This document shows positions 18,338-27,937 of a stretch of DNA of 33,606 nucleotides, in pieces; the first letter of the stretch is position 1; each line of letters opens with the position of its first letter. The position numbers and the translations under genes were made by a program. This DNA is from Campylobacterota bacterium (GTDB lineage: Bacteria > Campylobacterota > Campylobacteria > Campylobacterales > Arcobacteraceae): positions 1-33,606 of the forward strand of contig JBNJFB010000022.1 in assembly GCA_051746405.1 (NCBI GenBank), written 5' to 3'. The notes beneath the pieces were generated by a model. The model was given only the letters and a program-made list of their open reading frames with translations. It searched no databases and was not told the origin of the DNA.

Positions 18338-19705
18338 ATCTCTACTTTTAACACACTAAATCTAAATAAAGAGTTTCTAAGCAATTTAGAGACACTAAAT
18401 TATAAAAAAATGACTGAAATTCAAGAGCTTTCACTTCCATATAGTCTAAAAAACAAAGATATAATCGCAAAAGCAAAAACAGGTTCAGGTAAAACCGTAT
18501 CTTTTGCAATACCTATTGTAAACAAACTTGAAGTAAAAAAGTTTAGAATTCAAAGTTTAGTTTTAGCTCCAACAAGAGAGTTGGCAAATCAAATTGCACA
18601 AGAGATTAGAAAAATCTCAAGACACATTCATAATGTAAAAGTTTTAACCCTAACAGGTGGTGTACCTTTTAAACCACAAGCTGCATCACTTTATCATGGA
18701 GCACATATAATCGTAGCTACTCCAGGAAGAGTTTTACAACATATAAATGAAGATAATATATCATTTGAGAACCTAAATACATTTGTTTTAGATGAAGCTG
18801 ATAAAATGCTTGATATGGGATTTTTTGAAGATATCTCAAAAATAATTGAAAACTTACCAAAAAGTAGACAATCTATGCTTTTTTCTGCAACTTATGAAGA
18901 TAATATTAAACAACTAGCCTCTTTTACCCTAAATAATCCAATACAAATAGAGGTTCAAAATGAACAAAAAGCAAAGATAAAGCAGGAGTTTTATGATATT
19001 GAAAACAGAGATAAAACTTCATTTATCTCATCAATTATAAAACAAAAGGAAGCAAGTTCTATTTTGATATTTTGTAATATGAAAATAACTTGTGAAGAGC
19101 TTGCAGATGATTTATTTGATAGTGGACTTGATGTTTTAACTCTACATTCAGACTTGGAACAAAAACAAAGGGATGAGATTATTACTCTTTTTTCAAGTAA
19201 ATCATATCCAATACTAATAGCAACAGATGTGGCATCAAGAGGTTTGCATATAGATGATATTGACTTGGTTATAAACTATGACTTAGCTAATGATGAAAAA
19301 GTACACACTCATAGAATAGGAAGAACTGCAAGAGCAGGAAAAGGTGGGGTTGCAGTATCATTTTATGAAAGTAGGGATTTGCAAAAAGTAAAAGATATAA
19401 AAGAAGAGTTTGAGGATATAGAGTTTAAAAAACTAAGTGATATAAAATCAAATGATAGCTTTGAAATAGATAGTGAATATAGAGTATTATTTATAAATGG
19501 TGGAAAAAAACAGAAGTTAAGAGCAGGGGATATATTAGGTGCATTAACAGCAGGTTTAAAACTTGATAAAAATGACATAGGAAAAATAACCTCTTATGAT
19601 TTTTGTACTTATGTAGCAGTTAAAAAAAAGGTTTTAGACGATGCTTATAATGGTCTTAAAAACAATAGAATTAAAAAGAAATTTTTTAGAATATTCATAA
19701 AGTGA
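18338..19705 (+). CDS. dbpA: DEAD-box RNA helicase DbpA (probable non-AUG start at ATC 18338)
   Basis: AKTGSGKT, PTRELA, DEAD, SAT, HRIGRTAR and the C-terminal DbpA RNA-binding domain GGKKQKLRAGDILGALT. The frame is open upstream of ATG 18410 and encodes the Q-motif region. Confidence 0.93.
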   Translation: MSTFNTLNLNKEFLSNLETLNYKKMTEIQELSLPYSLKNKDIIAKAKTGSGKTVSFAIPIVNKLEVKKFRIQSLVLAPTRELANQIAQEIRKISRHIHNVKVLTLTGGVPFKPQAASLYHGAHIIVATPGRVLQHINEDNISFENLNTFVLDEADKMLDMGFFEDISKIIENLPKSRQSMLFSATYEDNIKQLASFTLNNPIQIEVQNEQKAKIKQEFYDIENRDKTSFISSIIKQKEASSILIFCNMKITCEELADDLFDSGLDVLTLHSDLEQKQRDEIITLFSSKSYPILIATDVASRGLHIDDIDLVINYDLANDEKVHTHRIGRTARAGKGGVAVSFYESRDLQKVKDIKEEFEDIEFKKLSDIKSNDSFEIDSEYRVLFINGGKKQKLRAGDILGALTAGLKLDKNDIGKITSYDFCTYVAVKKKVLDDAYNGLKNNRIKKKFFRIFIK

Positions 19706-19795
19706 TAAATAACCATTCATATTTTACATTAATATAACTTATAATTTGAATTTTAGGGAATTTGAATTATAATAGAGTATTAAAGGGAAAGATAG

Positions 19796-22237
19796 ATGCT
19801 AAACAGACTTATAAAATTTTTTTTACTTAAAAATACACTTTTTCTCAAAATAATACTTGTATTTACACTTCCTGCAATAGGAATGTTGTACTTTAGTACT
19901 GTATTAGTTTATGATAAGATAAAGACATTAAGTGAAGTTACAAATGTTCAAAAAAATTTAAAATATACAAGTACAACACAAGATTTCATAAGTTCATTAC
20001 AAAAAGAGCGAAGTTTAGCACTAGTTTATGACCAAAATAGAGTTTCAAAAAATAGGCTACAAACTCAAATAGCACAAACAAATAAGCAGTATGAGCAGTA
20101 TTTAAACATCAATTTAAAATTAGATTTAAAAACTCATATAGATAAATCAATAAAGCAAGTACAAGATAGCTTTTATAAAATAAAAAGCTTAAGAGAAAAA
20201 ATATTAAATAAAAGTAAAAAACATAAGTTTGATTTTTTTGATGATTATAATTTAGCAATTGAGAGTTTAATAAGTACTTTATATGATATAAAACCAATTG
20301 AGTCTGCAACTAGATTTAATAATAAATTCTCTTATTTGATTAATATTTTAGTACAAAAAGAGAATGCATCTATAAAAAAGATGTTAGTATCAAAAGCCAT
20401 TTTATCTTCAAATATAAGTATGAATCTCATAAAACAGCTTGAGAAAACAGATGTATTAGAACAGATAAATAAAGACCAGTTTCTATTAAAAGCCAATCTA
20501 AATGAAATCAATAAATATAAGCATAAACTACCACATAGTTTGATAAATGAGATTAAAAGTGTAGAAAATCAAATAAAAAATCAACAATACCCTAAAATAA
20601 CATTTGAAAAGTGGTGGAGCTTATCATCTAAAAAAGATAAAGCCTTAGATGAGATTTATGATTTTTTATTTTTAGAAATTGATAAATATGCAAAACAGAT
20701 GCAAGAGGATGCATATATAGCTCAAACACTTAGTTTGACTTTTCTTTTAGTATCATTTGCTACTTTAATTAGTTTGTTATTTGTTTTAAGAAGTATTATC
20801 TTAAATGAACAAAAAAGTTTTGTAAAGATAAAAAAACAGCAAGAGGTATATAAGCTTTTAAATAGAACAAATAAGTTTTTACTAAAAATTGATGATGAAA
20901 AAATACTATTTAGTAAAATTTGTAAGTTGATATCACAAAACCATAAAATGTCTTATGCCTTTATTTATAAAATAAAAGATAATGAAAACCATACTCTTAT
21001 CTCACAAGAGGGCGAGTTAAAGAATATTTTAGATAAGAGATTTAAAAGTGAAAACTATAGGGCAAATTTAGTTAGTAAAGTTTTAGAAAAAAAAGATAAT
21101 ATAATTGTCTATGATTATGATGAGGATCAAAGTTCATTTATTTCAGATATTGCCCAAGAGTTCAATATAAAATCAGCAGCAGCTTTTCCTATTAAAAAGT
21201 TTGAAAAAATTATTTCAGTTTTAGTATTATACTCAAATGAGAGCAATTTTTTTGATGAAGAGATTGAGATACTGTTTGAAAAGATGATAAATGACATGAC
21301 TCATGCTTTGGAAAAAATTGATTATGAGAAGAATAGAAAAGAGCAAGAGAGTGAATTAAAGCTTGCATCTTATGCTTTTGAATCAAATGAACCAATGATT
21401 ATAACTGATGATAACTCTTTTATAATAAATGCAAATAATGCTTTTTGTAAGGTAATGGGATATAGTAAAAAAGAGGTTATAGGAAGACGACCTAGTATGT
21501 TTAAATCAAAGCATCAGGATAAAAAGTTTTATGAAAATATGTGGAATATACTTTTAAGAGATGGTGCGTGGAGTGGTGAAATCTATAATACCAAGAAAAA
21601 TAAACAGAAAATACCACTAAGAGCAACTATAACGGCTATAAAAGATAGTGATGGAAATACAACACACTACTTAGGACAGTATATAGATATAAGTGAGCAA
21701 GTTGATAGACAAAAAGTTCTTGAGTATCAAGCAACACATGATAACTTAACAGGTTTACCAAATAGACTATTATTACTTGATAGATTAGAACACGCAATTA
21801 CAAAGACAGTTAGACACAATGTAGTAGGTGGACTAATATTTATTGATTTAGATAACTTTAAAATAATGAACGATACATTAGGTCATGATATAGGTGATAA
21901 ACTTCTATTTCAAGTAGCTCAAAAACTAAAAGAGACAGTAAGAGATGAAGATACAATAGCACGTATTGGTGGGGATGAGTTTATTGTATTAATTGACTGT
22001 ATTGGAAGTGATTCAAAAGAGGCTAAGCAGAATTTAGAAGTTTTAGCAAGTAAAGTTAAAACTTCACTAAATGATATAAAACAGATAGATGGGAATAAAA
22101 ATATGTCAACTCCAAGTATTGGTGTTACACTATTTAAAGACGCTTCAATAAATCCAAAACAGATAATAAAGCAAGCTGATACAGCTATGTATGCAGCAAA
22201 AAAACAAGGGAAAAATGCAATAGAGTTTTTTAATTAA
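19796..22237 (+). CDS. Membrane diguanylate cyclase (NIT-like periplasmic domain, GAF, PAS, GGDEF)
   Basis: 2 TMs; LQKER NIT motif; AAAFPI GAF; PAS WSGEIYN; HDNLTGLPNR, RDED I-site, intact GGDEF. Confidence 0.9.
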   Translation: MLNRLIKFFLLKNTLFLKIILVFTLPAIGMLYFSTVLVYDKIKTLSEVTNVQKNLKYTSTTQDFISSLQKERSLALVYDQNRVSKNRLQTQIAQTNKQYEQYLNINLKLDLKTHIDKSIKQVQDSFYKIKSLREKILNKSKKHKFDFFDDYNLAIESLISTLYDIKPIESATRFNNKFSYLINILVQKENASIKKMLVSKAILSSNISMNLIKQLEKTDVLEQINKDQFLLKANLNEINKYKHKLPHSLINEIKSVENQIKNQQYPKITFEKWWSLSSKKDKALDEIYDFLFLEIDKYAKQMQEDAYIAQTLSLTFLLVSFATLISLLFVLRSIILNEQKSFVKIKKQQEVYKLLNRTNKFLLKIDDEKILFSKICKLISQNHKMSYAFIYKIKDNENHTLISQEGELKNILDKRFKSENYRANLVSKVLEKKDNIIVYDYDEDQSSFISDIAQEFNIKSAAAFPIKKFEKIISVLVLYSNESNFFDEEIEILFEKMINDMTHALEKIDYEKNRKEQESELKLASYAFESNEPMIITDDNSFIINANNAFCKVMGYSKKEVIGRRPSMFKSKHQDKKFYENMWNILLRDGAWSGEIYNTKKNKQKIPLRATITAIKDSDGNTTHYLGQYIDISEQVDRQKVLEYQATHDNLTGLPNRLLLLDRLEHAITKTVRHNVVGGLIFIDLDNFKIMNDTLGHDIGDKLLFQVAQKLKETVRDEDTIARIGGDEFIVLIDCIGSDSKEAKQNLEVLASKVKTSLNDIKQIDGNKNMSTPSIGVTLFKDASINPKQIIKQADTAMYAAKKQGKNAIEFFN

Positions 22238-22255
22238 TTTAGGCTATATCTTGAA

Positions 22256-22285
22256 GACACTTTAAGGACACTTTTTTGATAACAT
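22256..22285 (+). promoter_or_regulatory. Promoter with GACACTTT direct repeat (copy 1) and -10 TAACAT
   Basis: GACACTTTAAGGACACTTTTTTGATAACAT; 27/30 identical to 27861-27890. Confidence 0.8.
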
Positions 22286-22317
22286 TATAAATCTTTTTAA
22301 GTTTACAAAGGTTATTA

Positions 22318-25300
22318 ATGGACTCAAAGAATTTTATTGTTGTTGGAGTTGGCTCTTCAGCAGGTGGACTTGAAGCTTTACAAGTTTTACTTACAAATAC
22401 TACAGATATGAAAAAATATGCTTTTATTATTGCACAACATTTAAGCCCGACCCATAAAAGTATGATGGTTGACTTACTTGCAAGAACAACAAATATACCT
22501 GTTGTTGAAGCAAAAAATGATACAACTATTAAACCAAATACTATTTATATTACTCCTGAAAATAAAGATGTTTATGTCTCAAAGTCAAAGATTTTTTTGA
22601 CAAATATCGAACAAACTTTAGGACCAAAACCATCAGTAAACTATTTTTTTAATTCACTAGCACAAACTTATAAAAAGCGTTGTGTTGGGGTGATACTATC
22701 AGGAACTGGAAGTGATGGTGCTTTTGGAATTCGTTCTATTAAAGATAATGGTGGTATTACAATAGCTCAAGCACCCTCAACAGCAAAATATGATGGTATG
22801 CCCATATCTGCTATAAATACAGGAAAAGTTGATTTAGTAGTGCCTATTGAAAATATGGGTTTAGAGCTTGAACGAATTTCAAATAGTATTGATATTAATG
22901 TAAGCGACCAAGAGGATAAAAGCTTACAAAATCAACTCTTTAGTATATTGTATGAAAAAAAGAGTGTTGATTTTTCCCAATATAAAAAAAGTACAGTATT
23001 AAGAAGAATAGAAAGAAGACTTGCCACTTTAAAAATAACAACACTTAGTGATTATGTACAGTTTTTAAAAATAGATGATAGTGAGTATGAAAACTTATAT
23101 AGTGATATATTAATAGGTGTAACAGAGTTCTTTAGAGATAAGGAGGTTTTTGAAGATATAAAAGATAAAGTCAAGCAGATTCTAGAGCAAAAAGAGTCCC
23201 ATAAAGAGATTAGATTTTGGTGTATAGGATGTTCAACAGGTGAAGAAGCATACTCTTTAGCTATTGTAGTTTTAGAAATATTAAAAGAAAGAATTGATGA
23301 GTACAAAATAAAAATTTTTGCAACTGATATTGATGAAGATGCGTTAGCAATAGCTAGAAGTGGTGTTTATGCAGAAACAAGTTTAGTAGGTGTTAATAGT
23401 GAATATAAAAAGAAGTATTTTAATATACATCAAAATCAGTACCATGTGAAAAAATCACTTCGTGAGCTTGTAATATTTTCAAAGCATAATATTATTAGTG
23501 ATGCACCATTTTTAAAAATGGATTTTATTAGCTGTAGGAATATGCTTATATATTTTAATCAAACACTTCAAGATAGATTTTTTCCAATTGTACACTATGC
23601 ATTAAATAAAAATGCAACTTTACTTTTAGGAAAATCAGAATCAATTGGAAATAATATGGACCTTTTTGTTCCCCTTGATAAAAAAAATAAGATATTTAAA
23701 GCCCAATATACAGGTATAAAAAAAGCACCAAGACTTTATACAAATGACTTAACCTATAAAAACTATGATAAACCAATAAAAAAAGAGATTAAAAAAGAGG
23801 AAGATATACTGCAAGAGAGTTTATCAAATGCTATGATGGAGTATGTATTTAAAGAGTGTGTTATTATAAATAGTTCAGATGAAATTATCTATATCAAAGG
23901 TAAAAATCCATTTTTGCAGCATAGTGAGGGGAAAGTAAGTAATAATATCTATAAAACTATTCATGATACACTATCACTAGAATTAAGAAGTGTTTTAGGT
24001 GAAGTGAAAAAAACAAAAACTATAAAAGCAACTCCTACAATAGTTGTAAGAGTTTTAGATAGTATTGAGAAATATGTACAAATAACTGTTGTACCACAAC
24101 AAATAAAACAAAGTAGTGAGTTTGTGTATGCACTGTTTTTTCATACTCAAGCAGAGATTTTATATAGTACCTCACAAGATTTACAAAAGAGTACTTCAGA
24201 TGATAAACTTGTTTCAAATTTACGCCAAGAGCTTAGTAGAACAAAAAATCATCTTCAAAGTGTTATTGAAGAGTTAGAGACAAGTTATGAAGAGATGCAA
24301 AGTCTAAATGAAGAATTAAGCTCATCAAACGAAGAGTTACAAAGTTCTAATGAAGAGCTTGAAACTACAAATGAAGAGTTACAAAGTACAAATGAGGAGC
24401 TTCAAACAGCTTATAGTGAACTAAAAATATTATATGATGATAAGGAGAATAAGTCTAATAAATTAGAAGAGCTAACACAAAAGCTTCAATCTCATCAAGA
24501 TATAATGACTAAGCAAAAAGAGCTTACAGAGACAATTGTTCAAACTGTCCCTATAGGAATAGTCTCAATTGATGAAGATGGAAAAGTTATCTTAATAAAT
24601 AAAAATATTCAAAACCTTTTTGAGTGTGATGCAAATGTAGAAAACATAGATAACTCAACCCATGAAAGAATAAAAAATAGTATGCCTTTTGAGCTTATTC
24701 AAAAAACATTAGAGCCTATTTATAAGGTTGATCAAGTACTACTTAAAAGCAATGGTTCTAAGGTAATGATTAAAGTAAGTGGTGTACCTCTTTTGGATAA
24801 AGATGGTAGATTTTTAGCTGCTGTTTTTAGTATAACTCAAAAATATAGTAGTGAGATTTTAATAGAAAATAGTGATATTAAAACTCAGAATGATGATTTT
24901 GAACTCTATGAAGAGTATGATGTGGTAGCTTTAGCTATGGTAGATATTTCTAAGAGTTTAAAAAGTTATATGAGTGACTTATCACTTCTAACTAACTCTT
25001 TAACAATAACCTCAAATAGTCCTAAACAAATACAAAATATTCAAAAAGATATTGATACTACGATTGATGAAGTTAATCAGATTATAAATAGTAATATAAA
25101 TTTTTACACAGAACTATTCACTTCTCAAAAAGCTAATTTGATTACCTTAGCAAGTAGATTTATAAAAATTCTTCGTCCAATTTTTAATCAACAAAATATT
25201 ACTTTAAATGAGTATCTTGAACATAATAGCTCTATTGTATGTAGCCCAAGAAGTTTTTCAACATTTTTTGTTGACTTTATGCTAAAAATCTATGAAAAAT

Positions 25301-25470
25301 CTAGAAAATTAGTATCCAATAAGGAGCTAAAAATTAACTTTTTTATTGAAAATAGAACTGAACAGTTGGTATTTGAACTTATTGGAATAGAGTGTTCACA
25401 AGAGTTATTTTCAAAAATGCAAAAAAGATACTTCAATAAAGATTGTCAAGTACAGTTGAGGGTAAAATAA
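22318..25470 (+). CDS. CheB/CheR fusion protein with PAS domains, coiled coil and degenerate C-terminal kinase-like tail
   Basis: CheB GSSAGG/QH/GTGSDG; CheR GCSTGEEAYS, ATDID, CRNMLIYF; NEELQSTNEEL heptads; PAS. Confidence 0.92.
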   Translation: MDSKNFIVVGVGSSAGGLEALQVLLTNTTDMKKYAFIIAQHLSPTHKSMMVDLLARTTNIPVVEAKNDTTIKPNTIYITPENKDVYVSKSKIFLTNIEQTLGPKPSVNYFFNSLAQTYKKRCVGVILSGTGSDGAFGIRSIKDNGGITIAQAPSTAKYDGMPISAINTGKVDLVVPIENMGLELERISNSIDINVSDQEDKSLQNQLFSILYEKKSVDFSQYKKSTVLRRIERRLATLKITTLSDYVQFLKIDDSEYENLYSDILIGVTEFFRDKEVFEDIKDKVKQILEQKESHKEIRFWCIGCSTGEEAYSLAIVVLEILKERIDEYKIKIFATDIDEDALAIARSGVYAETSLVGVNSEYKKKYFNIHQNQYHVKKSLRELVIFSKHNIISDAPFLKMDFISCRNMLIYFNQTLQDRFFPIVHYALNKNATLLLGKSESIGNNMDLFVPLDKKNKIFKAQYTGIKKAPRLYTNDLTYKNYDKPIKKEIKKEEDILQESLSNAMMEYVFKECVIINSSDEIIYIKGKNPFLQHSEGKVSNNIYKTIHDTLSLELRSVLGEVKKTKTIKATPTIVVRVLDSIEKYVQITVVPQQIKQSSEFVYALFFHTQAEILYSTSQDLQKSTSDDKLVSNLRQELSRTKNHLQSVIEELETSYEEMQSLNEELSSSNEELQSSNEELETTNEELQSTNEELQTAYSELKILYDDKENKSNKLEELTQKLQSHQDIMTKQKELTETIVQTVPIGIVSIDEDGKVILINKNIQNLFECDANVENIDNSTHERIKNSMPFELIQKTLEPIYKVDQVLLKSNGSKVMIKVSGVPLLDKDGRFLAAVFSITQKYSSEILIENSDIKTQNDDFELYEEYDVVALAMVDISKSLKSYMSDLSLLTNSLTITSNSPKQIQNIQKDIDTTIDEVNQIINSNINFYTELFTSQKANLITLASRFIKILRPIFNQQNITLNEYLEHNSSIVCSPRSFSTFFVDFMLKIYEKSRKLVSNKELKINFFIENRTEQLVFELIGIECSQELFSKMQKRYFNKDCQVQLRVK

Positions 25471-25474
25471 AAAA

Positions 25475-27853
25475 ATGAATTTTAAAAATATTTTAGTTAT
25501 AAGTAATAAAAAAATAGTTAAAAACTCCTATGAAGCTATGTTACAAGAGTATGGTAAAGTTGTTTTTGAACAAGTGCTAACCTTTGAAGATTTATCTTTA
25601 AATAATTATGAAAAATATGATTTATTTGTTATTGATATGGAGATAATACAGACACTACAAGATATACTTTTTTATTTACAAGATATAGAAGTATCAAAAA
25701 AACTACTAATTGTTATAGCACCTTTTGATATCTATGCCATGCAAAAGTTGACAAATCTTGAAGATATTAATTTCTTTATTCAAAAACCATATGCACCTGC
25801 AAAGTTATTAAGTTTTTTAGATAAGCAGTTGCAAAAAAAGTATCAACTCTCAATTGTAACCCAAAAAGCTGATGTTCTTATTGATATTATTGATCATTAT
25901 CCATCAGATGTTGGAATTTTTGATAATACAGGAAAAGTTTTTTATGCAAATGAAAGCTATCAAAAATATTTTCAACTTGATATAACAGATAAAAATCTAT
26001 ATTTTGATGATTTTTACTCTGAAAAATATACTTTTAATTATATAAAATCAAAACTTTTTATTAGTTCAAGCTATCAAATAGAGTATGAAACTTCACCAAA
26101 AAACTGGTGTGAGTCACTTTTTTTCTTCTCTAGTGATAACTATTTGATTCATATATTAACAAATATATCTGAAAAAAAACACAAACAATTAAATCTAGAG
26201 TTAAAAAATCTATTTTTTGAAAATACCTCAGAGGGAGTTATGATAACTGATAGTAAAGGTGTTATAGAATCAGTAAATGACTCTTTTACAAAAATCACAG
26301 GATACTTAAGGGATGATGTAATAGGTAAAAAACCCAATATCTTAAAATCAAATATTCATGATAACTGTTTTTATGAAAAAATGTGGAAAGATATTCGTGT
26401 TAATAAATTTTTTAAAGGTGAGATATGGAATAAAAGAAAAAATGGACAGATATATCCTCAGCTTTTATCCATAACTAAAAGTTATAATATCTTTAATGAT
26501 AGTTACTACTATTTAGCTTTATTTACAGACCTTTCAAGCTTAAAAGAAGCGGATAAAAAAGTATATTATTATGCAAACTATGACTCACTTACAAAACTTC
26601 CTAATAGGTCTTATTTCTATAAACAGTTTCAAACATATTTAAAAAAAGCCCAAGAGAATGAAGATAAACTAGCACTTCTATTTATAGATTTAGATAAATT
26701 TAAAGATGTAAATGATACTTATGGACACAGCACAGGTGATAAAATGCTTCAAATAGTATCCAAAAGACTTTCAAATAGCATAAGAGAAGATGACTTTTTA
26801 GCCAGACTAGGTGGAGATGAGTTTGTGGTAATTCTTGATAAAATTAAAGATAATAAAAGCATAAATATATTTGCTCAAAAGCTTCAAAAAAGAGTTGGCG
26901 AAAAAATAGAGATAGATAATCATATATTTGAGATGACTCTATCAATAGGAATAGCTCTATATCCAGAGCATGGAGAAGATGAAAAGAAACTTCTACAAAA
27001 TGCAGATATAGCAATGTATGAAGTAAAAAACAATGGAAGAACTGGCACAGAGATATTTAGTGAAGAGATGTTTGAAAAAATATCCTCACTAGTATGTTTA
27101 AAAGAGGAGCTTCAAACAGCATTACAAAAAGGTGAAATATGCTTTTTTTATCAGCCTATTGTAGATTTTAAGAGTAATAAAATAGTTGGTCTTGAAGCAT
27201 TAGTAAGGTGGAATCATCCAAAAAAAGGCTACCTTAGTCCTGATAAATTTTTATCTATACTTTTACAAAAAGATTTGCAACATAAGTTTACTGAATATTT
27301 TTATGAAATGGTATTTAAAGAGTTTAATTATATAAATAAACAAGTAGGGCATAGTGATATGGTTTATGCAATAAATATTACAAAAGAGCAGTTTTATGAT
27401 GAACTGTTTTGTTCAAAAATTGCTTCAAAGTTAAAAAAGTATAATATCAAAGCTAATCAATTAGAAGTTGAGATTGTAGAGGATCAACTTATTCATGATA
27501 AGCAAAAAGCTCAACTAGCAATACAAAATTTAAAAAATATGGGAATTAGTGTAGCACTAGATGATTTTGGTACAGGCTATTCAAATATAGCATATTTAAG
27601 AGATTTTGAAGTATCTAAACTTAAAATAGATCAACTATTTATAAAAAATATTATAAATAATAAAAAAGACCAACTTTTGACAAAGTCAATTATATATTAT
27701 GCTAAAATATTTGATATGAGTGTTCAAGCAGAGGGTATTTGCAGTAAAGAGCACTTTGAATTAGTAAAAGAGTACGAGTGTGATTTATCCCAAGGGTTCT
27801 ATCATAGCAAGCCACTTGAGTTAAATGAAATTGTCTCTTTGTTGAAGTTATAA
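25475..27853 (+). CDS. Receiver-like-PAS-PAS-GGDEF-EAL c-di-GMP enzyme
   Basis: N-terminal REC-like (VIDME, QKPY); RLGGDEF with REDD I-site; EALVRW, DDFGTGYS, LKID, AEG, QGF. Confidence 0.92.
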   Translation: MNFKNILVISNKKIVKNSYEAMLQEYGKVVFEQVLTFEDLSLNNYEKYDLFVIDMEIIQTLQDILFYLQDIEVSKKLLIVIAPFDIYAMQKLTNLEDINFFIQKPYAPAKLLSFLDKQLQKKYQLSIVTQKADVLIDIIDHYPSDVGIFDNTGKVFYANESYQKYFQLDITDKNLYFDDFYSEKYTFNYIKSKLFISSSYQIEYETSPKNWCESLFFFSSDNYLIHILTNISEKKHKQLNLELKNLFFENTSEGVMITDSKGVIESVNDSFTKITGYLRDDVIGKKPNILKSNIHDNCFYEKMWKDIRVNKFFKGEIWNKRKNGQIYPQLLSITKSYNIFNDSYYYLALFTDLSSLKEADKKVYYYANYDSLTKLPNRSYFYKQFQTYLKKAQENEDKLALLFIDLDKFKDVNDTYGHSTGDKMLQIVSKRLSNSIREDDFLARLGGDEFVVILDKIKDNKSINIFAQKLQKRVGEKIEIDNHIFEMTLSIGIALYPEHGEDEKKLLQNADIAMYEVKNNGRTGTEIFSEEMFEKISSLVCLKEELQTALQKGEICFFYQPIVDFKSNKIVGLEALVRWNHPKKGYLSPDKFLSILLQKDLQHKFTEYFYEMVFKEFNYINKQVGHSDMVYAINITKEQFYDELFCSKIASKLKKYNIKANQLEVEIVEDQLIHDKQKAQLAIQNLKNMGISVALDDFGTGYSNIAYLRDFEVSKLKIDQLFIKNIINNKKDQLLTKSIIYYAKIFDMSVQAEGICSKEHFELVKEYECDLSQGFYHSKPLELNEIVSLLKL

Positions 27854-27860
27854 AAATAGT

Positions 27861-27890
27861 GACACTTTAAGGACACTTTTTAGATAGAAT
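27861..27890 (+). promoter_or_regulatory. Promoter with GACACTTT direct repeat (copy 2) and -10 TAGAAT
   Basis: GACACTTTAAGGACACTTTTTAGATAGAAT; same repeat-to--10 spacing as copy 1. Confidence 0.8.
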
Positions 27891-27937
27891 ATAGTTTAAT
27901 TTAATAAAAATAAAGGATTGAGCTATTTTAAAAATAG

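Noticed and set aside
18391..18397. Single GACACT resembling the promoter half-site
   Set aside because: Lone half-site inside the dbpA coding extension, with no tandem partner
24268..24420. Imperfect 21-nt tandem repeats (gaagag...caaag)
   Set aside because: They encode the NEELQS heptad coiled coil typical of CheB/CheR fusions; not a CRISPR array or VNTR
1258..26337. Short ORFs in the track that lie antisense to long genes (1258-1515, 4990-5226, 5453-5635, 8996-9226, 9468-9653, 9903-10094, 11458-11643, 11797-12045, 13658-13930, 14894-15130, 16197-16541, 19363-19578, 20109-20309, 21210-21395, 23052-23306, 24035-24217, 26149-26337)
   Set aside because: Shadow ORFs overlapping well-supported genes; F/L/S/I-rich antisense composition and no recognisable motifs
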